NCBI GenBank assembly: GCA_963727625.1
Contig: CAVSHR010000004.1
Location: 992,001-1,056,000 of the forward strand
Direction of reading: 5' to 3'
DNA: 64,000 nucleotides
Source: an uncultured delta proteobacterium
Lineage (GTDB): Bacteria; Desulfobacterota; Binatia; UBA9968
Part shown: positions 9,776-18,786 of the stretch, one piece after another
Position numbering within the stretch: position 1 is the first letter of the stretch
How the letters are laid out: every line of letters starts with the position of its first letter
Program-made: the position numbers and the translations under genes
The notes under the pieces: model-generated
What the model was told of the DNA's origin: nothing
What the model saw: the letters and a program-made list of their open reading frames with translations, nothing else
Database searches by the model: none

Positions 9776-10720
9776 ATGCAGTTGGGGGTTTTTCTTCCCG
9801 TTTCCGGCCGCGCCGCGAGCCGGAGGACGCTCATGCAGGCGGCGCAGCGGGCCGAAGCGCTCGGCTATGATTCGATCTGGGCAGCGGATCGGCTGGTGAT
9901 GCCCTGGAAGATCGAGACCGCTTATCCCTACAGCAGAGAATCGACTTTCATCGTGCCGCCCGACCGGCCGTTTTTCGACACGCTCACCTGCCTTGCCTTT
10001 CTCGCCGGCTGCACGGAGAAGATCCGGCTTGGCATGAGCGTCATGGTGCTGCCTTACCGCCATCCGCTGCACTGGTCCCGGGTCGCCACCACCATCGATC
10101 AGCTATCCACCGGCCGGCTGATCCTGGGCGTCGGCGTCGGCTGGATGGAAGAAGAGTTCGCCGCCATGAACGCGCCGTTCAAAGAACGCGGCAAAGTCGC
10201 CGACGAGCAGCTCACACTGCTCAAGCAGCTTTGGACGGAAGAGCATATTTCTTTTCACGGCAAGTACTACAACGTCGATGACATCGCCTTTAACCCGAAA
10301 CCTTTTCAGACACCGCGCATCCCGATCTGGGTCGGCGGCGAGGGCAAATACGCCCAGCGCCGCGCCGGCAGGTTCGGCGACGCCTGGTTCCCTTACTTCG
10401 TAAGAATGACGCCGGAAGGACTGGCGGCGGGATTCGCAAACGTCCGCGCCGAAGCCAAGAACACCGGCCGTAACCCGGACGAGGTCGAACTTGCCTGCTG
10501 CCTGCCTGTCGAGTTGACGCCCTCCGCCGGTCCGAAGATCACCGATTATCTAAAAGGCAGCATCGAGCAGGTCACCGAAAGACTCAAACAGTTCATCGAC
10601 ATCGGCGTAATCCACATCGGCCTCCAGTTCATGATCCCCCACTATCCCGAGCGCCAGGAACAGATCGACCGCTTCGCCCGCGAAGCCCTGCCGAATTTGA
10701 AGGCGTATGCAAAGACCTGA
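9776..10720 (+). CDS. LLM-class (luciferase-like, possibly F420-dependent) oxidoreductase
   Basis: AEALGYDSIWAAD, LSTGRLILGVGVGW.EEF and PIWVGG motifs. GGAGGA RBS. Confidence 0.88.
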   Translation: MQLGVFLPVSGRAASRRTLMQAAQRAEALGYDSIWAADRLVMPWKIETAYPYSRESTFIVPPDRPFFDTLTCLAFLAGCTEKIRLGMSVMVLPYRHPLHWSRVATTIDQLSTGRLILGVGVGWMEEEFAAMNAPFKERGKVADEQLTLLKQLWTEEHISFHGKYYNVDDIAFNPKPFQTPRIPIWVGGEGKYAQRRAGRFGDAWFPYFVRMTPEGLAAGFANVRAEAKNTGRNPDEVELACCLPVELTPSAGPKITDYLKGSIEQVTERLKQFIDIGVIHIGLQFMIPHYPERQEQIDRFAREALPNLKAYAKT

Positions 10721-10915
10721 TCGTGGTTCCTGTCCGTGTTCGTTCCCACCGAGGTTTTCGCCCGAAAACGATTTGAACGGCTTGAACGTTTTGAACGAGC
10801 TCGACGCGCAGCTTAAACGCATTGAACTCCTCCTGCGTTCGGATCGCTTGAAGTTCAACGGCGGGCCGGATAAAAAAAGTTAGTCTATCAAATAAGATTG
10901 AAAGAAAGGTTTCTT

Positions 10916-11920
10916 ATGGCCAATCTACCCAGAGTTGCACTCATCTTAACCGGCGGCACCATCGATTCCCTCGGCAAAGACCGCCTCGACCTCGCCTGGT
11001 ACATCGAAGCCGGCAAGCGCTTGAAGGACGGCGAGCTGCTGCAGCAATTGCCGGAATTGAAGGAGATCGCCGAAGTTCAGGAGTTGCCCTTTCGCCGCTT
11101 GCCGAGTCACGCTCTGATCGACAAAGACTGGCTTGACCTGGTGCGCACGATTCACAAGATCTTCGACGAAGACAAAGCCGACGGCATCGTCATCACCCAC
11201 GGCACCAACACCATCGAAGAGACCGCCTATTTTCTGAACCTGACCCTCAAAACCGACAAGCCCGTGGTCGTGGTCGGCTCCATGCGGCCGGCATCGGCGA
11301 TCAGCGCCGACGGCTACTTGAACGTGGTCAACGCCGTCAAAGTTGCCGCCGAGCCGAGCTCCAGGGGGCGCGGATGTCTGCTGGTGATGAACGACACGAT
11401 CTTTAACGGCCGCGACGTGACCAAGAACGCGACTTATCGGGTGGAAGCTTTCCAGTCGCGCGACTTGGGCCCCCTCGGCTTCGCCGACGGCGACGGGAAG
11501 ATCGTTTACTACCACCAGCCGGTGCGCAAGCACACCACGGCAACGGAATTCGACGTGCGCAATCTGGAATCGTTGCCGCGCGTCGACATGGTGCTTTCTT
11601 ATGTCGGCGCCGACGGCACGATGATCGAAGCCGCGGCGAACGCCGGAGCGAAGGGCATCGTCAGCGCCGGCACCGGCGCCGGCCGGCCGACTCCAGCCGA
11701 AGACGCAGCGTTCGACAAATGCTTCAAGGAAACTGGCATGCTCATGTGCCTGTGCAGCCGCGTCGCCTCCGGCCGCGTGGTCCGGAGCCCAGGTTTGCAA
11801 AGACGCGGATTCGTCGCCGGCGATAATCTGCAACCCTGGAAGGCGCGGCTATTGCTCTCGTTGGCACTGACGAAGACGAACAACGCGGATGAGATTCAGC
11901 GGATGTTCGATACGTACTAA
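10916..11920 (+). CDS. Asparaginase-family amidohydrolase (cytoplasmic)
   Basis: TGGTI, HGTNT.EETAY, GSMRP and RDVTK motifs. Confidence 0.88.
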   Translation: MANLPRVALILTGGTIDSLGKDRLDLAWYIEAGKRLKDGELLQQLPELKEIAEVQELPFRRLPSHALIDKDWLDLVRTIHKIFDEDKADGIVITHGTNTIEETAYFLNLTLKTDKPVVVVGSMRPASAISADGYLNVVNAVKVAAEPSSRGRGCLLVMNDTIFNGRDVTKNATYRVEAFQSRDLGPLGFADGDGKIVYYHQPVRKHTTATEFDVRNLESLPRVDMVLSYVGADGTMIEAAANAGAKGIVSAGTGAGRPTPAEDAAFDKCFKETGMLMCLCSRVASGRVVRSPGLQRRGFVAGDNLQPWKARLLLSLALTKTNNADEIQRMFDTY

Positions 11921-12192
11921 GCGGTACTGCCAGAGGTCAGACCGCCTGTAACTTTACCCGTAGTTCGCGGCGTGGTGGCCAGCAGCGAAGTCGTCGGGAT
12001 CGGCACGTTTTAGTTGAAAAGTGGCGGTTGACATGCAGGCGTCGCTCTTCGAGATCGCTTTTCAGCTTGAAAAAACGATCGCTAAGCTCCTACACGACGC
12101 TCCTTATTATATCTTACAGCGCTAAATCAAAAAGTTGTGCTGCTCCGACCCAAGAAGGCGGAAGGACCCAAATCGCGAATGAGCTAAACTTA

Positions 12193-12420
12193 TTATAGCA
12201 GGGAGTTGAATTGTTCTACGGATAGCTGGGCGGCTTTGAGAATATGAGACAACGTGCCTCGTTTCACCGGCCGATGGGCAGGCACTGTGATTTTTAGAAC
12301 ACCATCGCTGGTTCTCTTTTGGAGGCGAATGTGACTTCCTCGCTGTCTCACAACCACAAACCCCGCCCGCTGAAGCGCTTTGACAATCCGATCGAAGGAT
12401 ACGCTCGGAAGCTCACTCAC
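12193..12420 (-). CDS. hicA: HicA-family toxin
   Basis: 75 aa with GF.VVRQRGSHIRL, ITVPAH and GTLSHIL. Its GTG start overlaps the hicB stop. Confidence 0.9.
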   Translation of the reverse strand: MSELPSVSFDRIVKALQRAGFVVVRQRGSHIRLQKRTSDGVLKITVPAHRPVKRGTLSHILKAAQLSVEQFNSLL

Positions 12421-12617
12421 AAAACGATTTCCCGAACATCCTTCCCCGTGCCGGCAAGGTCGTCATCCACCGGCTCGAGGTAGAGTTCGATAGCCTCCCG
12501 GATGTTCTTAAGTGCCTCAGTCTCGCTCTCTCCTTCCGACACACACCCGGGAAGAGACGGCACATAAACCGTAAACCCGCCTTCTTCCGAAGATTCCAAA
12601 ACGACCTTGAGCTTCAT
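12417..12617 (-). CDS. hicB: HicB-family antitoxin (short, no C-terminal DNA-binding domain)
   Basis: EEGGFTVYVPSLPGCVSEGE...NIREAIELYL motif. Confidence 0.9.
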   Translation of the reverse strand: MKLKVVLESSEEGGFTVYVPSLPGCVSEGESETEALKNIREAIELYLEPVDDDLAGTGKDVREIVL

Positions 12618-12917
12618 GTGGCCCTCCGTCCGCAAGAAATATAGGCCCTTTGGGAAGCTGAGTCAAAACTGGCGCGGTTAAACCGCGGAGTGAAAGCCGT
12701 GAACGTGGTTCGTGATCGTGCGCTTTTCGACTCACGCCTCGTGCCCGACTTCACATTTCGATGTTTCGAGAATTCCCGAAACGTGGAGCTCCTCTCTCCA
12801 AGTCCAAAGTCGTCAATGGAGTGCGCCCCATTGACTGGAGAGAAAAGCAGAGAATTTGAGGTGGGTGCGATCGGCTCAACCAGCGGGCAAGATGGACCCG
12901 CAGCAAGGAGTCGGTCG

Positions 12918-13271
12918 ATGGGAAAGCAGCGACGGAAATTCGAGACCGGGTTCAAGCAACAGATCATCGGCGAGGTGGAGTCGGGGTTGTTAACCGTGAG
13001 CGCCGCTACTCGTAAGTATCAGATCTCGGGCAGCGTGATCGATCGGTGGCGGCAACAAGCCCGGCAAGGAACTGTTCAAGACTTCGCCAGCGTGCGGGAG
13101 AAGGCCTTGGAACCTGAGAACCGCGAGCTCAAGGAGAAGCTGGCCGAGCTGGATCTGGAAAGCGCCCAGTTAAAAAAACTCGGGGACTGGCTACGGCGGC
13201 ACAAAAGCGTCAGTACCTCGGTGATCAGCGCGCAGAGTTTGGCTCGATCGTCCAAGGACTTAAAATCATGA
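12918..13271 (+). CDS. IS3 OrfA (HTH + coiled coil)
   Basis: MGKQRRKFETGFKQQII...KYQIS.SVIDRW...ENRELKEKL. AAGGAG RBS. Confidence 0.8.
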   Translation: MGKQRRKFETGFKQQIIGEVESGLLTVSAATRKYQISGSVIDRWRQQARQGTVQDFASVREKALEPENRELKEKLAELDLESAQLKKLGDWLRRHKSVSTSVISAQSLARSSKDLKS

Positions 13272-14090
13272 AGCTGGCATCGAGCAGTGACTACTACCGG
13301 CCGCTGACCGATCTCCAAGAGTGAGATCGAAGTGACGCTTTACTGCGTGATCAGATCGAGCGGCTCCAAGGGGAGTTTCCCGGCTACGGCTATCGGCGGT
13401 TGGGCCGGCAGCTACGGCGCGAAGGGATTGTGGTCAACGACAAAAAGATCCGCCGCATCCAGAGGGAATACCAGCTATTTCCCATCCGCTGGCACAGTTT
13501 CAAGATCGCCAGCACCGATTCGAATCATGGGTACAAGATTTATCCGAATTTGCTCAGGGGGAAAGACTCTGACGGGAATCAATCAGGTCTGGGTAGCGGA
13601 CATCGCCTACATCCGGATCTTGACGGGGTTTGTCTTTCTGGCGGCCATCCTGGATCGATATTCCCGTAAGGTCATCGGTTGGGCGATTTCCAAACGAATC
13701 GATGCCGAGCTGGGCTTGGCAGCTTTGAAAACCGCTCTGGAGACACGAAAGCCCCCGCCTGGCTGTATTCACCACTGTGATCGCGGGGTGCAGTACGCCC
13801 CTGGCGGGAATATATCGCCCTGCTCGAAGCGGCCAACATGCAGATCAGCATGTCGAGAACCGCCAATCCCTACGACAACGCCCACATGGAATCGTTCTTT
13901 AAGACGCTAAAATACCAAGAGGTCCACCTGGCCAACTACCAAACCTACGACGATGTCCTGCAGAGGATTCCCCATTCATCGAGGAGGTGTATAACAGCAA
14001 ACGACTGCATTCGGCCCTGGGGTATCTACCGCCAAAGGAATACGAGATGGCACTTCGATCTACCACAAAAACTACCGCTCGCCCCTCCCT
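13268..14090 (+). pseudogene. IS3 OrfB DDE transposase, multiply frameshifted
   Basis: YGYRR, VWVADIAYI, HHCDRGVQY and YDNAHMESFFKTLK lie in different frames. Confidence 0.85.
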
Positions 14091-14272
14091 CAAATCTCGC
14101 TGAAATCTCTCCAGCCGAAGGGGCGCAGTCCAGACAGACTCCCGACCCCTTTTCGACTAGCCTCAACTGTCAATCGCTGCCCCTTGGTAAACCTGACGTT
14201 GCAATAGAATGACCGACCGCCGTTTGGGTAGCGTTCGGTACCGAAGAATTGCCGCTGCGCTGTGGCAAAGTT

Positions 14273-14306
14273 AAAAAGAGCGGGACGGAAACGATCCCGT
14301 CTCCTC
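14273..14306 (-). terminator. Probable rho-independent terminator of the solute-binding-protein gene
   Basis: The minus strand reads GAGACGGGATC...GTCCCGCTC followed by TTTTT, just downstream of 14337. Confidence 0.5.
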
Positions 14307-14336
14307 CACTGATCGCATGAATCAGTTCGATAAAAC

Positions 14337-15362
14337 TCACATTCCGAACATCTGCTGAAATTTCTTTTCCCAGCTCTTGATCTCATCCGTCGTCGGTACG
14401 TCCATGAGAACCAGTTGATCGATTTTGACATCCTCGAAGCGAGACTTCACATCCGGATGAACTGTATATTCTCCATCAGCATCAGCAAAGATTTTGAGCA
14501 CCTCTGGTTGTAAGAAAAAATCGATATAAAGGCGTGCCGCGTTTGGATGTGAAGCGTCCTTATTCACACCCAACGCACTCACGGAGGCGAGATACTTATC
14601 CATTCGCACGTAATCAATGGGACCCCCATACTGAAATTTTGACTTTATATATGCTATCGCCACAGGCACTTCGCCAGTAATTAAGGTACGAACTGCCGGA
14701 CTCATAGAACGACCCAGTCTAGGCTTCTGCTTCGCCCAGCCCTGGACCACCTCTAACCAATTTTTCCCCAAAAGCTTGTGAAGGCTGATTACAAACTGGA
14801 GTGTCGTCGTATGGACCGCGGGATTCGCCATGGCGAACTTCTCTCGCCATTTGGCATCGAGAAGATCTTTCCACGTCTTGGGAGCCTCTTCTCTCTTCAA
14901 CAGGTTAGTGTTGTAATTGATTCCCACTGGTAAAACACGCCAAGTAGTCATCAAACGATCCGGGTCCCTGAATTGATTGGGGAATATGTCTGCTGCAGGT
15001 GGGCTAAATTTATCCAAGATACCCTTTCCCTTAATGGCGTACATAATCCCACGGTTCCCCATTACCACGTCAAATAGACTTTTCCCTGCCCTCGCCTCAT
15101 TAAGGACTCGGTTTACGATTCCCGTTGCCGACCCTCTCCAGTGTTTAACCTTTATTCCGTACTTCTCTTCAAACAGGTCGCCAATCTTTTTTGCAGTCGT
15201 GATTGAAAGAGCCGCGTACAAAGTGACTTCACCCTCTTGTTTGGCAGCCTCGATCGTTTTAGGAGTAATTTGACCATGCGCAAAAGAAGCTATGAAAACC
15301 AGGGTAGCCGTGATGGTTGGAAAAACCGTTCTTCTAATTGTCAAAAAAGTCCGAAGTCTCAT
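14337..15362 (-). CDS. ABC transporter extracellular solute-binding protein (Fe/thiamine/polyamine-like class)
   Basis: Signal peptide; AAKQEGEVTLY, YNTNL..PKTWKDLLD and HPNAARLYIDF motifs. Visibly AT-richer than its flanks. Confidence 0.85.
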   Translation of the reverse strand: MRLRTFLTIRRTVFPTITATLVFIASFAHGQITPKTIEAAKQEGEVTLYAALSITTAKKIGDLFEEKYGIKVKHWRGSATGIVNRVLNEARAGKSLFDVVMGNRGIMYAIKGKGILDKFSPPAADIFPNQFRDPDRLMTTWRVLPVGINYNTNLLKREEAPKTWKDLLDAKWREKFAMANPAVHTTTLQFVISLHKLLGKNWLEVVQGWAKQKPRLGRSMSPAVRTLITGEVPVAIAYIKSKFQYGGPIDYVRMDKYLASVSALGVNKDASHPNAARLYIDFFLQPEVLKIFADADGEYTVHPDVKSRFEDVKIDQLVLMDVPTTDEIKSWEKKFQQMFGM

Positions 15363-15620
15363 TACCACCTCCTGATGAAAAAACTAAGTATTAACGGTCT
15401 ACAGGACCAGCTCTCTCAAGATCATCTGTGCGGTCCAATGTCACTTTATCGGCAAAAGAATTTACATGTCAATGCTGGCTGACCATATCGCTGTGGAATG
15501 ACGGGATGTGCCTTCGAATGACGAAGCAAAATATGTTTTTACTTGATAAGATCGCAGCGGCATTGTTGATGGGGTTGTTATAGAAGTCAAAAAAAGAGAG
15601 AGGAAGATTGAGAACGCACG

Positions 15621-15870
15621 CTAGCAGCCCGTGGTACAAGTCGGCTTTCACAAAACGCACGGGATCATTTCGAGGCGGTGATTCGGGATCGTAAACAGTT
15701 TCAGATCGAGTCCTGGGCGCCGATGAGCGGTCATTGGGTCACGCAGTAGCACCCACAGAGCAAAATAAAGAGCCAGAACGGTGGCCAATCGGCCCTGCAA
15801 GCCGCGTGGCGTTCCAATTCCCGTCGACGTGCGCATCCACCGGCCGAGGTTACAGGCCGCCACGTGTACG
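15621..15870 (-). pseudogene. 3' remnant of a DDE transposase with its IS end
   Basis: VHVAACNLGRWMR..G.GTPRGLQGR resembles IS1182/IS5-type C-termini. The minus strand ends ...ACCACGGGCTGCTAG. Confidence 0.55.
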
Positions 15871-15878
15871 GAAATCAC

Positions 15879-16178
15879 AAAGGGGACAGACTGCTTTTCT
15901 TTTCCCGCCGCGGCCGGCCACGCGGGCGAAGCGTGCTGCCCAGACCAAACCTCGAAGCCATCTCCGCTTGCCAATCCAATATTCCGAACGGTCGTTGCCG
16001 ATTCAAACATTCACGAACGCTTTGCCAACTCGATTTGACCGTTGCCTCACGCCTATTCGTCAACGTCTTGAACGGAGTGGAGCGATTGAACGTGTTTCAG
16101 TATACGAAATTCTCGGCACGACGGCCTTCTACCATAGCGGCCATCAACGCTTCAATCGAAAAGCAGCCTGTCTCCTTT
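15879..16178 (-). mobile_element. Internally deleted REP-associated tyrosine transposase (RAYT-like) element
   Basis: 21-bp terminal inverted repeats (AAAGGGGACAGACTGCTTTTC / GAAAAGCAGCCTGTCTCCTTT) enclose an MPRIS start and the C-terminal RQRPFG...LGSTLRPRGRPR. Confidence 0.6.
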
Positions 16179-16479
16179 TCCGGACTCAAGATATTCAAAC
16201 CGGAGCTTTGGTCAACACTGTGGAACGGCGAGAAGGATTTTCCCAAGATCAAACTGACATCGCTTCAGATTTCCTGGCGCTGGTCCAATGCCATCACGTA
16301 ACTTTCGAACAAAGTCTAAAAACAAAAAAAACAGCACTCTCAGGAGTCAACTCCGCAGCAAGAGGCTGGCTTCAAATCGTTTCGCTAACAGAACTAGAAA
16401 AATCTCTCTGTCTCCGTTAGCGCACAGCTATACCCAAGCTCGCGCTATGTCAAACAAAGCTTTAGAAGTGTCCTGATTC

Positions 16480-16947
16480 CTAGCTGTCTTTACGAAAATC
16501 CGTCCGAAAAACCTTATGACACCCGCCGCAGGCACCTTCCCTAACATTGCCCAGCTCTTTAACCTTAATGTTAACCTCGGCTTCGTTTTTGGCTGCGGCC
16601 GCCTTACTAAGCCCTTCGGCTGCCTTTCGGGCGTTTGCGGTAAGACTCTTGAATTCATCGGTCTTCACCCAAATATCCGCGTGAGCTCGCGATTTTTCTG
16701 TGGTGCTCCCCTTCGGAAACAGAGCTAAATAATTATCGACGTGACCCACGATATCTTTCGCCTTTAACTCTATCGTGGCGTAATCTTTTTCCTCGTTGGC
16801 TTTGCCAATGGCCTTTACATCTGCATTATTAGACTTCATGACATCTTTTCTCTTTTTGACGATATCCTCCTGGGCGAAAACCTGTGTGGAAATTAAGAAT
16901 AAAAATAGGCCACCTAAACCTGCGAGTAGTAACCTGCCGTGATTCAT
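16480..16947 (-). CDS. Class II cytochrome c (cytochrome c'/c556-like)
   Basis: Signal peptide, R..MK near the N-terminus, LFPKGS, IW...EF and a C-terminal CGGCH. AT-richer. Confidence 0.85.
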   Translation of the reverse strand: MNHGRLLLAGLGGLFLFLISTQVFAQEDIVKKRKDVMKSNNADVKAIGKANEEKDYATIELKAKDIVGHVDNYLALFPKGSTTEKSRAHADIWVKTDEFKSLTANARKAAEGLSKAAAAKNEAEVNIKVKELGNVREGACGGCHKVFRTDFRKDS

Positions 16948-17492
16948 TGTTTCTCCTATTTATGTATAAATTTATTGTTTTACTGCTTGGTTAGCTCATA
17001 AGCGTAATATTTGGCGTGGTAGGGGGTTAGGTCCATTCTATAAGGGTTTGGTTTTTAGCGCTGTCTAGCCGTAGTCGCCGCGCCGCTTTCAGTAGCTCGA
17101 ATCGTTAAAAAAGTTTGGGTGGTTCCGGACGTTCAAGGTCAGATTCGGGGCCGGAAGTCGGCGCGAATCTTCCGTAGGTTACTGCATCGGGCGGGTTTCG
17201 GGCAAGGGCGATGTTTAAAGGCAAACGGATGAAAATTATCAATGCTGCGGACCGTTCCAAACGTTCAAGCCGTTCAACCACTGCCCTCCGTTCAAACCGT
17301 TGAAGACGTGATGGTGGAAGGTGGTCGGACAACTGTCGTGATCGTGGGGCGGAGAAAGGATGTCGACATGGACGAAAAAGGCACGATCGTGTTTCGTGAT
17401 GGTATGATAAGACGGAACGCGAATAGACAACCGGCGTCTCCCGTAACTCCGGGCCGCGAAAGTCGGTCGTGCTTTCACGCCGCCTTCATGCG

Positions 17493-18662
17493 TCACACAG
17501 CGCGCAAGGCCTGAATAATATCCAATCGCGCCGCGCGCACCGCGGGGAGAAACCCGCCGAGCAGTCCCATCAGCAGAGAAAAGCCCAATGACGTGCCGAC
17601 GATCGACGGCGAAAGCGCGAAGGAAAATGCCAATTCAGAGAACGAACCGAAATTAAGCGTCGAGATGGTGAAGAACTGCAACAGCGACGCCAGGCCCAAG
17701 CCGAGCAGCCCGCCGCCCAGCGACAAAACCAAGGACTCGATCATGAATGCCAAAAGCACGCTGCGGCGAAAAAATCCCAGCGCGCGCATCGTGCCGATCT
17801 CGGTGGTCCGGTTGGCCACCGAGCCGTACATGGTGATCATCGCGCCGATGGTCGCCCCGGTGCTGAAGATGACGGTGATAAAGATGCCCAGGATGCGGAT
17901 AAACATTGCCATCATCTCCGACTGCTCCTCGAAAAACTTCTTTTCCCGTTTCGGCACAAAGTATTGCAGGCGGTTGTCGCTGTCGAAGGCCTGTACGACC
18001 TTCGACAGTTCGTCCGGCTGGCGGAGGCGCGCGGTGACGGTCGAAAAGGACGACCGTTTAAAGGCATCCATAATCTGCCGGCTGTCGCCCCAAACTTCGG
18101 AGTCGAAGCCGCTCCCTTCGGTATCGAAGATTCCGACCACCGACCAGTAATCGCCGCCGAATTTGATCTTTTCGCCGATCTGCGCGCCGGCAAATCTTTT
18201 GGTGATGCCGGCGCCGACGATGACTTCGCGCGCGCCCCAGCGAAACATGCGGCCCTGGACGATTCTCACCTGCGGCCGCAACTGGAAGGCCGCCTCTTCC
18301 ACGCCGCGTACGGTCACGTTGCTGATACCTTCGCCGCCGAGCTTCTTCAAGTTGATAATGACGACCACTTCCTTCGAACTCATCGGCCGCCCGTCGGCGA
18401 AGCTGGCGACCTCGGGCAAGCTGGTGATCACCGCGGCATCCTCGCGATCGATGATACTCATGATCTCGCTCGCCGCGGCTTTGCGGGCGACGATGATATT
18501 GTTGTCCGAACCGGTCGCGCGAAGCGTTTTTTGCACCCCGTTGGCCATCATCAAAACAGCGCTGAATACGAACACGACCAGCGCGATGCCGAGCATGGTG
18601 ATCATAGTCGTCAAGCGGCGCGAAGACGAGCTGCGCAGGATGTATTTCAGCGGTATCTGCAT
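17493..18662 (-). CDS. ABC transporter permease (MacB/FtsX family)
   Basis: N-terminal TM, periplasmic domain, RTTEIGTMRALGF and PAVRAARL. Confidence 0.9.
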   Translation of the reverse strand: MQIPLKYILRSSSSRRLTTMITMLGIALVVFVFSAVLMMANGVQKTLRATGSDNNIIVARKAAASEIMSIIDREDAAVITSLPEVASFADGRPMSSKEVVVIINLKKLGGEGISNVTVRGVEEAAFQLRPQVRIVQGRMFRWGAREVIVGAGITKRFAGAQIGEKIKFGGDYWSVVGIFDTEGSGFDSEVWGDSRQIMDAFKRSSFSTVTARLRQPDELSKVVQAFDSDNRLQYFVPKREKKFFEEQSEMMAMFIRILGIFITVIFSTGATIGAMITMYGSVANRTTEIGTMRALGFFRRSVLLAFMIESLVLSLGGGLLGLGLASLLQFFTISTLNFGSFSELAFSFALSPSIVGTSLGFSLLMGLLGGFLPAVRAARLDIIQALRAV

Positions 18663-18686
18663 CACGAAATTCGACCGGACAATGGC

Positions 18687-18780
18687 TCACCGCAGAGGCG
18701 CCAAGGTCGCAGAGATCGGCGGTTTTTTAAATCGAAACAAATTTTTTTCTCCGCGTGCTCCGCGCCTCCGCGGTGAAATC
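18687..18780. repeat. CACCGC..GAG / CTCCGCG..CCGCGGTG inverted intergenic repeat
   Basis: Arms form an imperfect hairpin. Related copies at about 2037-2122 and 38574-38648. Confidence 0.6.
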
Positions 18781-18786
18781 TCTTCG

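Larger units (their letters stand above)
12817..14132 (+). mobile_element. Degenerate IS3-family insertion sequence (~1.3 kb)
   Basis: TG...CA ends with imperfect inverted repeats (TGGAGTGCGCCCCATTGACTGGAGAGA versus TGGACTGCGCCCCTTCGGCTGGAGAGA, 23/27). Contains orfA and a broken orfB. Confidence 0.88.

Noticed and set aside
17105-17514. Short ORFs 17105..17332, 17239..17496 and 17242..17514
   Set aside because: They largely translate the GTTCAA repeat array and have no family motifs.
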